The notes: generated from the letters alone by a model not told the origin. Shown: positions 9,382 through 19,000, counted from the stretch's first letter. The stretch: 64,000 bases of DNA from Alphaproteobacteria bacterium (GCA_009927055.1 RFNS01000177.1:29794-93793); one strand, 5' to 3'. Numbers and translations are program-made.

Positions 9382-9481
9382 GCACCCGTTTTAACCCAGT
9401 TTGGCCAACATTCAAACACCGATTTTGCGTGAAAGTATTGGGGCATAGACTTTACCAAAACCACACGATAATTCTCTGTCT

Positions 9482-9844
9482 ATGAAAGATTGTCACGAAA
9501 CAAAGGGCCCCTTGGCCGAAGTGATGGCTGAGGTGCAAGCTTATGGAGATCGTGCCAATTCTGAGGAAGCTCTGGCCTTTACAGCCGCAAAACTTTTAGA
9601 AATCTACCTGCGCCATTCATGTCAAATGCCCCGGGCTGTGGTTCAGGTCATGAATGGAGGATTTGACCTTATGTATGGAGGAAAAGCCTTCATGGCAGTT
9701 TTTAATACTACGGCCGCGCGTGTTGTTAACCGCACCGCATTTCAACATTTTGTGGCCGACGTTGTGGCGGTTTACCCTGCCAGAAAGGAACTGGCCAAGT
9801 ATCTTGGAAAACTGAAAGTATCCGGAATACAGCTTGATCAATAG
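9482..9844 (+). CDS. Hypothetical protein (120 aa), lower-GC ORF adjacent to tRNA-Lys
   Basis: ORF only; composition lower in GC than flanks. Confidence 0.35.
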   Translation: MKDCHETKGPLAEVMAEVQAYGDRANSEEALAFTAAKLLEIYLRHSCQMPRAVVQVMNGGFDLMYGGKAFMAVFNTTAARVVNRTAFQHFVADVVAVYPARKELAKYLGKLKVSGIQLDQ

Positions 9845-9879
9845 CTGATTAATCGCCATATTCGCACCTTGAGGTTACC

Positions 9880-11055
9880 ATGGCCGTTCCCATTCAGCAG
9901 CAGGTGGATGTTGCACTTTATATTGCCAAGCAAAAGCTGGCGGGTAATAAATTTTACCCCCTGGTGCTGATGCTTGAGCCGCTGTTCAGGTGCAATCTGG
10001 CCTGCGCGGGCTGCGGGAAAATTGATTATCCTGATGAAATTTTGAACAAACGCCTTTCGTTACAAGAATGTATTGATGCGGTGGAAGAATGCGGCGCACC
10101 CATTGTGGCCATTCCGGGGGGCGAGCCTTTGCTGCACAAAGAAATGCCCGACATTGTGCGTGCACTGATTGCGCGCAAAAAATATGTCACGCTGTGCACC
10201 AACGCCCTGCTTCTGGAAAAGAAAATTGATCAATACACCCCATCGCCCTATTTCAATTGGTCCATCCACCTTGATGGCCTGAAGCCCGAGCACGATCAAT
10301 CAGTCTGCCAAGAAGGCGTGTTTGAAAAGGCCGTGGCCGCATTCAAGCTGGCCAAGCAAAAAGGTTTCCGCACCAACATTAACTGCACCCTGTTTACCAG
10401 CAACGCCAACCCACAGCGCGTGGCCGAGTTTTTTGATATGGTGACAGAAATGGGCGTGGACAACATGACCGTCAGCCCCGGCTATGCCTATGAACGCGCG
10501 CCAGACCAAGAACATTTTCTGAACCGCAAAGCCACCAAAGAACTTTTCCGCACCATTTTTGCCATGGGCAAAGAGCGTGTGAAGGCCGGCAAACCCAAAT
10601 GGCGCTTCAGCCAATCTGATTTGTATATGGATTTTTTGGCCGGCAATCAGGAATATTTGTGCACGCCGTGGGGCATGCCCACACGCAATGTGTTTGGCTG
10701 GCAAAAACCCTGCTATTTGCTGGGCGAGGGTTATACCAAAACCTATCAAGAGCTGGTGGAAACAACTGATTGGGATAGTTATGGCACCGGCCGCTATGAA
10801 AAATGCGCCGATTGCATGGTGCATTGCGGTTATGAACCCACCGCCGCAAATGATGCGTTCAGCAACCCACTGAAACTAATGACCGTGGGCATGCTGGGCA
10901 TGAAAACCGAAGGCCCCATGGCCGAAGAAATTGACATGAGCCAACAGCGCCCCGCGCAATATGTGTTCGATAAAAACGTGCAAGAAGCGGTGAGCGAATT
11001 GCACGATGCGAAGCAGAAAACATCATCCCTTCCTCAAAAAACGGCTGCGGCTTAG
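9880..11055 (+). CDS. hpnH: Hopanoid biosynthesis radical SAM protein HpnH-like (adenosylhopane synthase)
   Basis: Radical SAM CxxxCxxC (CNLACAGC) near N-terminus, about 390 aa with conserved C-terminal Cys cluster (CADCMVHCG) as in the HpnH family. Confidence 0.65.
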   Translation: MAVPIQQQVDVALYIAKQKLAGNKFYPLVLMLEPLFRCNLACAGCGKIDYPDEILNKRLSLQECIDAVEECGAPIVAIPGGEPLLHKEMPDIVRALIARKKYVTLCTNALLLEKKIDQYTPSPYFNWSIHLDGLKPEHDQSVCQEGVFEKAVAAFKLAKQKGFRTNINCTLFTSNANPQRVAEFFDMVTEMGVDNMTVSPGYAYERAPDQEHFLNRKATKELFRTIFAMGKERVKAGKPKWRFSQSDLYMDFLAGNQEYLCTPWGMPTRNVFGWQKPCYLLGEGYTKTYQELVETTDWDSYGTGRYEKCADCMVHCGYEPTAANDAFSNPLKLMTVGMLGMKTEGPMAEEIDMSQQRPAQYVFDKNVQEAVSELHDAKQKTSSLPQKTAAA

Positions 11056-11097
11056 GTTCAGTCCTTACTGATCAACAGCCACGCCGCACATACCATC

Positions 11098-11215
11098 GTC
11101 ATCCCGACGAAAGTCGGGATTCATGGATCAATCTGTACGCATAAAAAGCGGCAGATATGCCGATATATCTGTCCATGGATTCCGGCTTCCGCCGGAATGA
11201 CATTTTGTGTCAATC
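11098..11215. repeat. Composite palindromic intergenic element (hairpin ATCCCGACgaaaGTCGGGAT ... TCCATGGATTCCGGCttcGCCGGAATGACA) in convergent hpnH/ppdK spacer
   Basis: Right-hand unit TCCATGGATTCCGGC-N3-GCCGGAATGACA recurs at 45748..45780, 61981..62011 and inverted at 62137..62167. Confidence 0.5.
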
Positions 11216-11241
11216 TTGTTTTTTGGCGGTGATCATCAAAC

Positions 11242-13929
11242 CTAAGCCGCCGCCTTTTTAATCTCGGCGGGGTCGGCTTTCAAGGCCGCTTGGGCTGCTG
11301 CCAATCGCGCAATGGGCACGCGGTAAGGACTGCACGAGACATAATGCAACCCCACCGCATGACAAAAGGCCACACTGGCCGGATCACCGCCATGCTCGCC
11401 GCAAATGCCCAGCTTCAAATCATGACGTTTGCTGCGCCCGCGCTCGGCCGCCATGCGAATAAGTTCGCCCACACCTTCGGTATCCAGGCTTGCAAACGGA
11501 TCGTGCGGAAAAATATTGGCGCGCTGATAATCGGCCAAAAACATTCCGGCATCATCGCGGCTGATGCCCAGGGTTGTTTGCGTCAAATCGTTGGTGCCGA
11601 AGCTGAAAAACTGGGCATGCTTGGCCAAATCAGCTGCCCGTAAGGCTGCTCTGGGCAACTCAATCATCGTGCCGACCCAATAATCAATTGTCTTGCCCGC
11701 CGCCATCATTTCGGCAGTCATCACTTTATCCACCATCTGTTTCAAAAGGTTCATCTCCTGTTCAGTCGCAATTAATGGCAGCATAATTTCGGGCAACACC
11801 GTATGACCGTGCGCCACAGCCTGCAACGCACCGCGCGCAATGGCCTGCACCTGCATCTCATAAATTTCAGGGAAACTGATACCCAAACGGCAGCCGCGAT
11901 GCCCCAACATGGGGTTTGATTCATGCAACTCATGCACGCGCTGACGCACATAAGCCACCGTGACACCCGCCAGGCGCGCCACCTCGGCCATTTCATTTTC
12001 TGATTTTGGCAAAAACTCATGCAACGGTGGGTCGAGCAACCGAATGGTGACAGGCAACCCATCCATGATCGCAAAAAGCTCGGCAAAATCTTTGGTCTGG
12101 AAGGGGGCCAGCTTTTCCAGCGCGGCCACGCGGCTTGGCTGATCTTTCGCCACAATCATTTCGCGCATCGCTGAAATGCGCTCGGCATCAAAAAACATAT
12201 GCTCGGTGCGACACAGGCCAATGCCCTCGGCCCCAAAGCGACGCGCGGTTTCAGCATCGCGCGGCGTTTCGGCGTTCGCGCGCACGCGCAAGGTGCGCAA
12301 ACGATCGGCCCAGCCCATCAGCGTAGCAAAGTGGCCTGTTAAAGCCGGCTGAACCCGCGGCACATCGCCCATCATCACCTCGCCTGTGCTGCCATCCAGC
12401 GTGATGATATCGCCTTCCTTCAGGGTTGTGCCTTTGATATTCATGGTGCCTGCGTACTCATCCATCACCATGTCGCCAGCGCCCACCACACAGCATCGCC
12501 CCATGCCGCGCGCTACAACCGCGGCGTGGCTTGTCATGCCGCCGCGGCTTGTCAAAATACCTTTGGCCGCGTGCATGCCATGAATATCTTCGGGGCTCGT
12601 TTCGGTACGGCACAAAATAACGGCCACACCTTTGTGCGCCAGCTCCTCGGCCCGGTCGGCTGTAAAAACAACCTGCCCCGATGCAGCGCCAGGGCTGGCC
12701 GGCAACCCTTTGGTCAGCACCGTGCGTTTGGCCTTGGGATCAAGCGTGGGGTGCAATAATTGGTCGAGCGACTTTGGCTCGATCCGCAGCACAGCCTCGT
12801 TTTGGCTGATCAACCCTTCTTCCACCATCTCCACCGCGATGCGCAGAGCGGCAGGTGCCGTGCGTTTGCCCGAACGCGTTTGTAACAAATAAAGCTTGCC
12901 CTGCTGCACCGTAAATTCAATATCCTGCATATCCTTATAATGTTTTTCCAGCTGCTGGCGCACGGCGCAAAGTTGTTGAAAAACGGCGGGCATCACCTCC
13001 TCCATGGCGGGTTCGGTGGCTTTCATCTCGGCCTTGGCTTTCAGGGTAATGGGGTTGGGCGTGCGCAAACCGGCCACCACATCCTCGCCCTGCGCGTTGA
13101 CCAGATATTCGCCATAAAAAGCATTCTCGCCCGTGCTGGGGTTGCGCGTAAAGGCCACGCCCGTGCAGCAATCATTCCCCATATTGCCAAACACCATGGC
13201 CTGCACGGTCACCGCTGTGCCCCAATCGTGCGGCAAATCATGCAAGTTGCGATACGTGACGGCGCGCGGATTCATCCACGACTTAAACACCGCGCCCACC
13301 GCCGCCCATAACTGATCATCGACATTCTGCGGAAAATCTTTTCCTGTTTCTTTTTTCACAATCTGCAGATATTCGCCAATGATTTCTTTCCAGTTCTCGG
13401 CCGTCATGTCGGTATCACTGCGATAGCCGGCGTGGCGCTTCATATCATCCAGCGCTTCTTCAAACGGCGCGTGGGGCACGCCCAGCACAACACCCGCAAA
13501 CATATGAATAAACCGACGATAACTATCATACGCAAAACGCGGGTTGGCGCTGCGCTTGGCCAAACCTTCCACCGTTTCGCTGTTCAACCCCAGGTTCAGC
13601 ACCGTATCCATCATCCCCGGCATCGAGGCGCGCGCACCCGAACGCACAGACACCAGAAGCGGATTGTGCGCATCGCCCAGCGTGGCGCCCAGCTGCTGCT
13701 CAATTTTTGTCAGCGCGGTTTTCAGCTGCGCCGCAAGCTCTTGCGGAAACCGTTGGTTGTTTTGGTAAAACCAGGTGCAGGCCTCGGTGGTGATGGTAAA
13801 GCCAGGCGGCACCGGCAGCCCCAGATGCGACATCTCGGCCAGGCCCGCCCCCTTGCCCCCCAGCAGATTCTTCATATGCCCGCGGCCATCGGCCGTGCCA
13901 TTGCCAAAACCGTAAATCCACTGGGTCAT
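11242..13929 (-). CDS. ppdK: Pyruvate, phosphate dikinase
   Basis: 895 aa; N-terminal KNLLGGKGAGLAEM, phosphohistidine region GGMTSHAAVVARGMG, C-terminal PEP-utilising TIM barrel motifs. Confidence 0.9.
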   Translation of the reverse strand: MTQWIYGFGNGTADGRGHMKNLLGGKGAGLAEMSHLGLPVPPGFTITTEACTWFYQNNQRFPQELAAQLKTALTKIEQQLGATLGDAHNPLLVSVRSGARASMPGMMDTVLNLGLNSETVEGLAKRSANPRFAYDSYRRFIHMFAGVVLGVPHAPFEEALDDMKRHAGYRSDTDMTAENWKEIIGEYLQIVKKETGKDFPQNVDDQLWAAVGAVFKSWMNPRAVTYRNLHDLPHDWGTAVTVQAMVFGNMGNDCCTGVAFTRNPSTGENAFYGEYLVNAQGEDVVAGLRTPNPITLKAKAEMKATEPAMEEVMPAVFQQLCAVRQQLEKHYKDMQDIEFTVQQGKLYLLQTRSGKRTAPAALRIAVEMVEEGLISQNEAVLRIEPKSLDQLLHPTLDPKAKRTVLTKGLPASPGAASGQVVFTADRAEELAHKGVAVILCRTETSPEDIHGMHAAKGILTSRGGMTSHAAVVARGMGRCCVVGAGDMVMDEYAGTMNIKGTTLKEGDIITLDGSTGEVMMGDVPRVQPALTGHFATLMGWADRLRTLRVRANAETPRDAETARRFGAEGIGLCRTEHMFFDAERISAMREMIVAKDQPSRVAALEKLAPFQTKDFAELFAIMDGLPVTIRLLDPPLHEFLPKSENEMAEVARLAGVTVAYVRQRVHELHESNPMLGHRGCRLGISFPEIYEMQVQAIARGALQAVAHGHTVLPEIMLPLIATEQEMNLLKQMVDKVMTAEMMAAGKTIDYWVGTMIELPRAALRAADLAKHAQFFSFGTNDLTQTTLGISRDDAGMFLADYQRANIFPHDPFASLDTEGVGELIRMAAERGRSKRHDLKLGICGEHGGDPASVAFCHAVGLHYVSCSPYRVPIARLAAAQAALKADPAEIKKAAA

Positions 13930-13996
13930 GTTGCACCTTTGCTTATTTCGTGGCAGAAAAGATTTGCTTCTTTTAATCTATGCCAACGGGTTAAAC

Positions 13997-14530
13997 ATGG
14001 CAAAGTCGGGGAAAAAAAAAGAAAAACCAAGTGGTCGCAGGAAAACTGGTCCCAAGAAAACTCAAACACTGAATATTAGATTCTCTGTACTCGGCGTTAT
14101 CAAGGAATATCAGGCCGCTGCCGCAGAATCATGCGACGGCAAAGAAAATCTTTTTGGCCCCTTTCCAGAAGGAAGCGACGCACCTTATTGTATCGTCGAA
14201 CCAAAGCCGCGGTTTTACTTAAAGCTTGATGAACCTGTTCGTGTAGAGCTATTAGACGGAACACACTTGATTATTGATGAGGTGATGATTCCCCTGCACG
14301 TCCTGCATGATGGAATCAGAAAAGAAACCGCAGAGCTTTCCATTTCATTTGGTATTGGCAGCAGGGCCTATGCCGAGATTGCCTTGTCGGACAGAGAAAT
14401 AGCGTTTGTTAAGGTGGTAGAATATACAAACATTTCTAAATCCAACGCCGTAGTGCCCAAACCAGTAAGACCCGACGATCCAGTCAATGGTGGCGCCAAG
14501 GTCATCCCGTTTTCTAAACCTCGCCGCTAG
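13997..14530 (+). CDS. Hypothetical protein with highly basic N-terminus (MAKSGKKKEKPSGRRKTGPKK...), low-GC
   Basis: 177-aa ORF from ATG 13997 in an AT-rich patch between divergent ppdK and glyRS. Confidence 0.4.
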   Translation: MAKSGKKKEKPSGRRKTGPKKTQTLNIRFSVLGVIKEYQAAAAESCDGKENLFGPFPEGSDAPYCIVEPKPRFYLKLDEPVRVELLDGTHLIIDEVMIPLHVLHDGIRKETAELSISFGIGSRAYAEIALSDREIAFVKVVEYTNISKSNAVVPKPVRPDDPVNGGAKVIPFSKPRR

Positions 14531-16050
14531 TCACCAGAAAAAAACGGGCTGAGGTATTCCCTCAACCGATCCACACCCACTCTTTCCTGCTGGGCGGTGT
14601 CGCGGTGGCGCACGGTCACATCGTTTGCTGTCAGGCTATCACCATCAATGGTCAGGCAAAAAGGCGTTCCCGCTTCATCCATGCGCGCATAACGCTTGCC
14701 GATGCTTTGTTTCGCATCAAACTGCGCGGTATATTGGCCACGCAAATTATTATAAATTTTTTCGGCCATCTCAGGCATGCCATCTTTGGCCACCAGTGGG
14801 AAAATTCCCAGCTTGATGGGGGCCAGGGCCGGCTTAATCTTCAGCCATTCGGGGCTGGCGCGGCTTTCATCCACCCTATAGGCATCGCACAACACGGCCA
14901 GCACGCCGCGCGTTAGGCCCGCCGCGGGCTCAATCACATGCGGCAAATAACGCGTGTTTGTTTCAGCATCAAAATACTCCAGCTTTTGTTTGCTGTGTGT
15001 CTGATGCTGGGTCAGGTCATAATCACCACGGTGCGCCACACCTTCCAGTTCGCCAAAATGAGGGTCGGTGAAGGGATACTTAAACTCAATATCTGATGTT
15101 GCGGTGCTATAGTGCGATAATTCGTCCTTCTCATGGTCGCGGCGCAGCAGATTGTCACGCGACAAACCCATGTTCTGCCACCACTGCATGCGCGCATTCA
15201 CCCAATATTCAAACCACATCTGGCTTTCATTGGGCGGGCAGAAAAACTCCATCTCCATTTGCTCAAACTCGCGCGTGCGGAAAATAAAGTTGCGCGGCGT
15301 CACTTCGTTGCGAAAACTTTTTCCCACCTGCGCAATGCCAAACGGCGGGCGCACGCGGCTGGTATCCAGCACATTTTTGAAATTCAGAAAAATACCCTGC
15401 GCTGTTTCGGGCCGCAGATAAGCTTTGTTTTCTTCTGTTTGAATGGCCCCCAGGTACGTATGAAACATTAAATTAAAGGGGCGCGGTTCTGTCAGCGTGC
15501 CTGCATCAACCGCATCGGGGCCAATGGCGTGCATCCGCGCATCGACCGGCAGAGATGTTAAAGGAACCGCCGCCGACAAGTTAAAGGGGATCAGATCACC
15601 CCCGCCTGCTTTGGCGATCATTTTTTTTGCTTTTTTTTCCAGAGAGTCTTGGGAATCATCACCAGAGAGGGCGCACATCAAACCCAATTTTTTTTGAGCA
15701 CCCGATTTTTCATATAAAACCTCTGTGCATATCACATGATCGGCCCGATAGCGCGCTTTTGTCTCACGACAATCGACCATCAAATCGGCAAAACCTCCCA
15801 CATGCCCACTGGCCACCCATGTCTGCGGATGCTGGATAATGGCCGTATCAAGCCCCACAATGCTGACCGGCTTGCCATCAGGCCCCAGGGGAGGGCACAG
15901 CACCATATCGCGCCACCAAGCATCGCGCAGGTTGTTTTTTAACAAGGTGCCCAGCGGCCCAAAATCCCAAAAACCGTTCAGACCCCCATAAATTTCAGAG
16001 GCTGGAAAAACAAACCCACGGCGTTTACACAAGGCGACAAGATTTTGCAT
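14527..16050 (-). CDS. Glycine--tRNA ligase, alpha2 homodimeric (eukaryote/archaea-like) type
   Basis: ...LCKRRGFVFPASEIYGGLNGFWDFGPLG... class II motifs characteristic of alpha2 GlyRS; about 507 aa. Confidence 0.85.
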   Translation of the reverse strand: MQNLVALCKRRGFVFPASEIYGGLNGFWDFGPLGTLLKNNLRDAWWRDMVLCPPLGPDGKPVSIVGLDTAIIQHPQTWVASGHVGGFADLMVDCRETKARYRADHVICTEVLYEKSGAQKKLGLMCALSGDDSQDSLEKKAKKMIAKAGGGDLIPFNLSAAVPLTSLPVDARMHAIGPDAVDAGTLTEPRPFNLMFHTYLGAIQTEENKAYLRPETAQGIFLNFKNVLDTSRVRPPFGIAQVGKSFRNEVTPRNFIFRTREFEQMEMEFFCPPNESQMWFEYWVNARMQWWQNMGLSRDNLLRRDHEKDELSHYSTATSDIEFKYPFTDPHFGELEGVAHRGDYDLTQHQTHSKQKLEYFDAETNTRYLPHVIEPAAGLTRGVLAVLCDAYRVDESRASPEWLKIKPALAPIKLGIFPLVAKDGMPEMAEKIYNNLRGQYTAQFDAKQSIGKRYARMDEAGTPFCLTIDGDSLTANDVTVRHRDTAQQERVGVDRLREYLSPFFSGD

Positions 16051-16135
16051 AGCCACGATTGTAAATGAAAAGCGATGCACTGCAAGCGCATAATATCATT
16101 GACGCTTGCCCCCAACTGGTTCAGAAAATGGCTGA

Positions 16136-17139
16136 ATGTTTCTGCCCGAACACGCCCTGCACCTTGGCCTGATGGCCACGGCAGTTTTTTTGGCAAGCGC
16201 GCTCATCACGCGCTTTCTGGTGTGGTGGCTGCCCAAACTCTCGCGCCTTGATACGCCGAACGACCGCAGCCTGCACACAGCGCCCGTGCCGCGCGGCGGG
16301 GGTTGGGCCATCATCGTGCCTTTCATTCTTGTCTTTTTTCTGTGGCGCGATTTTATTCCGGCATGGCAGGAATTAATTCTGGCCACCACGGTGTTGGTTT
16401 TCATCTCATGGCTCGATGATCGGGCCCATGTACCTGCGCACTGGCGACTGTTCATCCATGTTCTTGCCTCGGCACTGGTTGTGTTGACAGCCCCGCCTGA
16501 GTGGCAGGTTTTCTCGTGGCTTGATCCGCTGCTTGAACGCGCGCTGCTGACGGTCGTGCTGGTGTGGTATATGAACCTGACCAATTTTATGGATGGCATC
16601 GATGGTTTAACCGCCACGCAAATGATGGCCATCAGCCTGGGCATTCTTTTATCAACGCTTATCATCAGCCTCGCACCCACCAGCGTGATTATGTCTGTGG
16701 CGCTGTTTGCGGCAGCCGGCGGGTTTTTGCTTTTCAACTGGCACAAGGCCAAAATTTTTATGGGCGATGTGGGCAGTGTGCCGCTTGGTTTTTTGGCTGG
16801 CTATGCGCTGCTGACTCTGGCATGGCAGGGATATGGGGCGGTGGCCCTGCTTTTGCCTGCCTACTCGGTGGCCGATGCGACCATCACACTTCTCAAACGG
16901 CTTTTTGGGGGCAAAAAAATCTGGCAGGCGCACCGCGAGCATTTTTATCAGCAAGCCACGCTGGCATGGCAGCGACACGATAAAACCGTCATCGCCATTG
17001 CCTGTGTCATGCGGCGCTGCTTCTGCTGGCATTGCTCAGCCTTGTGGTGTCGCCCATGGTGGCGCTGGCCGGCGTACTGCCTGTGGGCGGTGTTTTATAT
17101 TTTTTCTATCGTGCCGGAAAAAAACACCATGCGGCTTAA
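16136..17139 (+). pseudogene. WecA/WbpL-like UDP-HexNAc:polyprenyl-phosphate HexNAc-1-P transferase (MraY family) with apparent -1 frameshift near 16985..17010 (pseudogene or sequence error)
   Basis: Frame 2 gives N-terminal 290 aa with NLTNFMDGIDGL signature; downstream of about 17000 frame 2 becomes W/C/R-rich nonsense while frame 1 gives a plausible hydrophobic C-terminus ...HAALLLLALLSLVVSPMVALAGVLPVGGVLYFFYRAGKKHHAA* ending at TAA 17137..17139. Confidence 0.5.
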
Positions 17140-19000
17140 CCTGTCATTTCTGAAATCGTTATTGGCCGTGTCGCACGATCTGATTGTCACTGCACTGGCC
17201 CTGGTTCTGGCCTATCTTGTGCGTTATCTCGATCAGCCGCAGCCGCTGCCCATCATGGCCATGGTGCAGCATGGCGCCATTCTTCTGGCCACAGCCACTG
17301 TGGTGTATCCACTTTCGGGGCTGTATCGCGGCGTGTGGGCTTATGCGTCGGTCAATGATCTGGCCGCCATTATCCGCTCAACTTTCATCACGCTTTTGTG
17401 CTTCACAGCCATCAGCTTTCTGGCCACACGCATGGAATTTTTGCCGCGATCAGTTCCCTTCATCACCTGGTTTGTTCTGATCGCGCTGATGGGGGGCGGG
17501 CGCATGTTTTACCGCCTGCTGCGCGATGGCCGGCTGAATTTGAAATGGCAAAAAGCCGGCGCGGGCCGCACGCCTGTGATGCTGTTTGGCGCGGGCGATG
17601 AGGCCGAAATGTTTATTCGCTGGCTGGGCCATCATCCGCATGCGGCGTACGATGTTGTGGGTGTGATTGCCGAAAATGAAAAACGCGTAGGTCGCACCAT
17701 TCATGATGTACGCATTCTGGGTCAGCTGGATGATTTAGAAAACATTGTGATGCTTCTGCGCAAACAAAACCGTGCACCCACACGGTTGATCATCACCAAA
17801 GCAGCGCACCAGCTGGGCGAGCATTTTACATCACTGCTGGCCGAGCAATCGACCAAACTTGGCCTGCAACTTTCTTACATTCCTAACTTGCTGCAACTCA
17901 ATAACAGCATTGATCAACCCCAGTTGCAGGAACGCTCTCTGCAACTGTCTGATCTGCTCTCGCGCCCCGAAATTCGGCTGGAGAAAGAAAACATCGCCAG
18001 CATGCTTCAGGGGAAATGCGTGCTGATCACAGGGGCTGGCGGCAGCATTGGCAGCGAACTGGCGCGGCAGATTGAAAGCTTCAAACCATCACGGCTTGTG
18101 CTACTCGATCACAGCGAATTTGCCCTTTACAACATTCATACCGAACTGGCTGATCGACCATCGGGCACCATCTTGCATCCCATCATTGCCGATGTGCGCC
18201 AGCTTTCGCGCCTGCAGCAGGTGTTTGCCGAATTTCAGCCTACCATCGTTTTTCATGCCGCGGCCATTAAACATGTGCCACTGGCCGAAACCAATATGGC
18301 CGAAGCGGTGCGCACCAACGTGCTGGGCAGCCGCCATGTGTTTGATTTATGCGCGCTGAATAAAACATCCATCTGCGTGCTCATTTCAACAGACAAGGCG
18401 GTGGAACCGTTGAGTGTGATGGGCGCCACAAAACACGTGGCCGAGCGTCTGGCACAGGATTTTGACCTGAAAAACCCCCACACGCGTTTTGTGGCTGTGC
18501 GGTTTGGCAATGTGCTGGGGTCAACGGGTTCGGTTGTGCCGCGCTTTCAGGCGCAGATTGCGGCGGGTGGCCCTGTCACCGTGACGCACGCCGACATGAC
18601 CCGCTTTTTTATGACCGTGCCCGAAGCGGTCAGTCTTGTTTTGCAGGCATCGCATTATGGCCTCACACAAGCCACGCATGGCCGCGTGCTGGCGCTTGAT
18701 ATGGGCACACCGGTGAAGATTGCCGATCTGGCCCGTCATATGATCCGCCTTTCGGGCAAGCAACCCGATGTTGATATTGCCATTCACTACACCGGCCTGC
18801 GCGCGGGTGAAAAAATGCACGAAGCGCTGCATGGCGCCGATGAAACCCTGCATACCGCAAAAATTTCTGGCCTTTATGAAATTCAGGCGCCCGTGCGCGC
18901 GCTTTCACCTCTTTTGCTGGAACGCCTGCTGGCACTGACAGAAGATATCACCGCCAGCGCAGATGATTTACGGCAACTCTTGTTTCAACTCACGAAGTAA
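17129..19000 (+). CDS. Membrane-anchored UDP-N-acetylglucosamine 4,6-dehydratase (WbpM/PglF/CapD family)
   Basis: N-terminal TM segments then VLITGAGGSIGSEL Rossmann, ...STDKAV...NVMGATK... catalytic region, CapD-like C-terminus; ATG 17129 overlaps upstream gene stop. Confidence 0.75.
   Translation: MRLNLSFLKSLLAVSHDLIVTALALVLAYLVRYLDQPQPLPIMAMVQHGAILLATATVVYPLSGLYRGVWAYASVNDLAAIIRSTFITLLCFTAISFLATRMEFLPRSVPFITWFVLIALMGGGRMFYRLLRDGRLNLKWQKAGAGRTPVMLFGAGDEAEMFIRWLGHHPHAAYDVVGVIAENEKRVGRTIHDVRILGQLDDLENIVMLLRKQNRAPTRLIITKAAHQLGEHFTSLLAEQSTKLGLQLSYIPNLLQLNNSIDQPQLQERSLQLSDLLSRPEIRLEKENIASMLQGKCVLITGAGGSIGSELARQIESFKPSRLVLLDHSEFALYNIHTELADRPSGTILHPIIADVRQLSRLQQVFAEFQPTIVFHAAAIKHVPLAETNMAEAVRTNVLGSRHVFDLCALNKTSICVLISTDKAVEPLSVMGATKHVAERLAQDFDLKNPHTRFVAVRFGNVLGSTGSVVPRFQAQIAAGGPVTVTHADMTRFFMTVPEAVSLVLQASHYGLTQATHGRVLALDMGTPVKIADLARHMIRLSGKQPDVDIAIHYTGLRAGEKMHEALHGADETLHTAKISGLYEIQAPVRALSPLLLERLLALTEDITASADDLRQLLFQLTK

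Noticed and set aside
13432-14079. 215-aa plus-strand ORF spanning ppdK 5' end
   Set aside because: Mostly antisense to ppdK, Arg/His-rich; the real gene in this area starts at ATG 13997 (MAKSGKKK...).
13997-14530. PilZ (c-di-GMP binding) domain in the basic-N-terminus protein
   Set aside because: An RRxxxR-like motif is present but no properly spaced DxSxxG motif.
16096-16752. 218-aa minus-strand ORF
   Set aside because: Antisense shadow of the wbpL-like gene.
16136-19000. Single 954-aa WbpL-WbpM 'fusion' ORF
   Set aside because: The middle about 40 codons translate to W/C/R-rich nonsense and the adjacent frame gives a proper C-terminus plus an overlapping start, so I interpret this as a frameshifted gene followed by a separate gene rather than a natural fusion.
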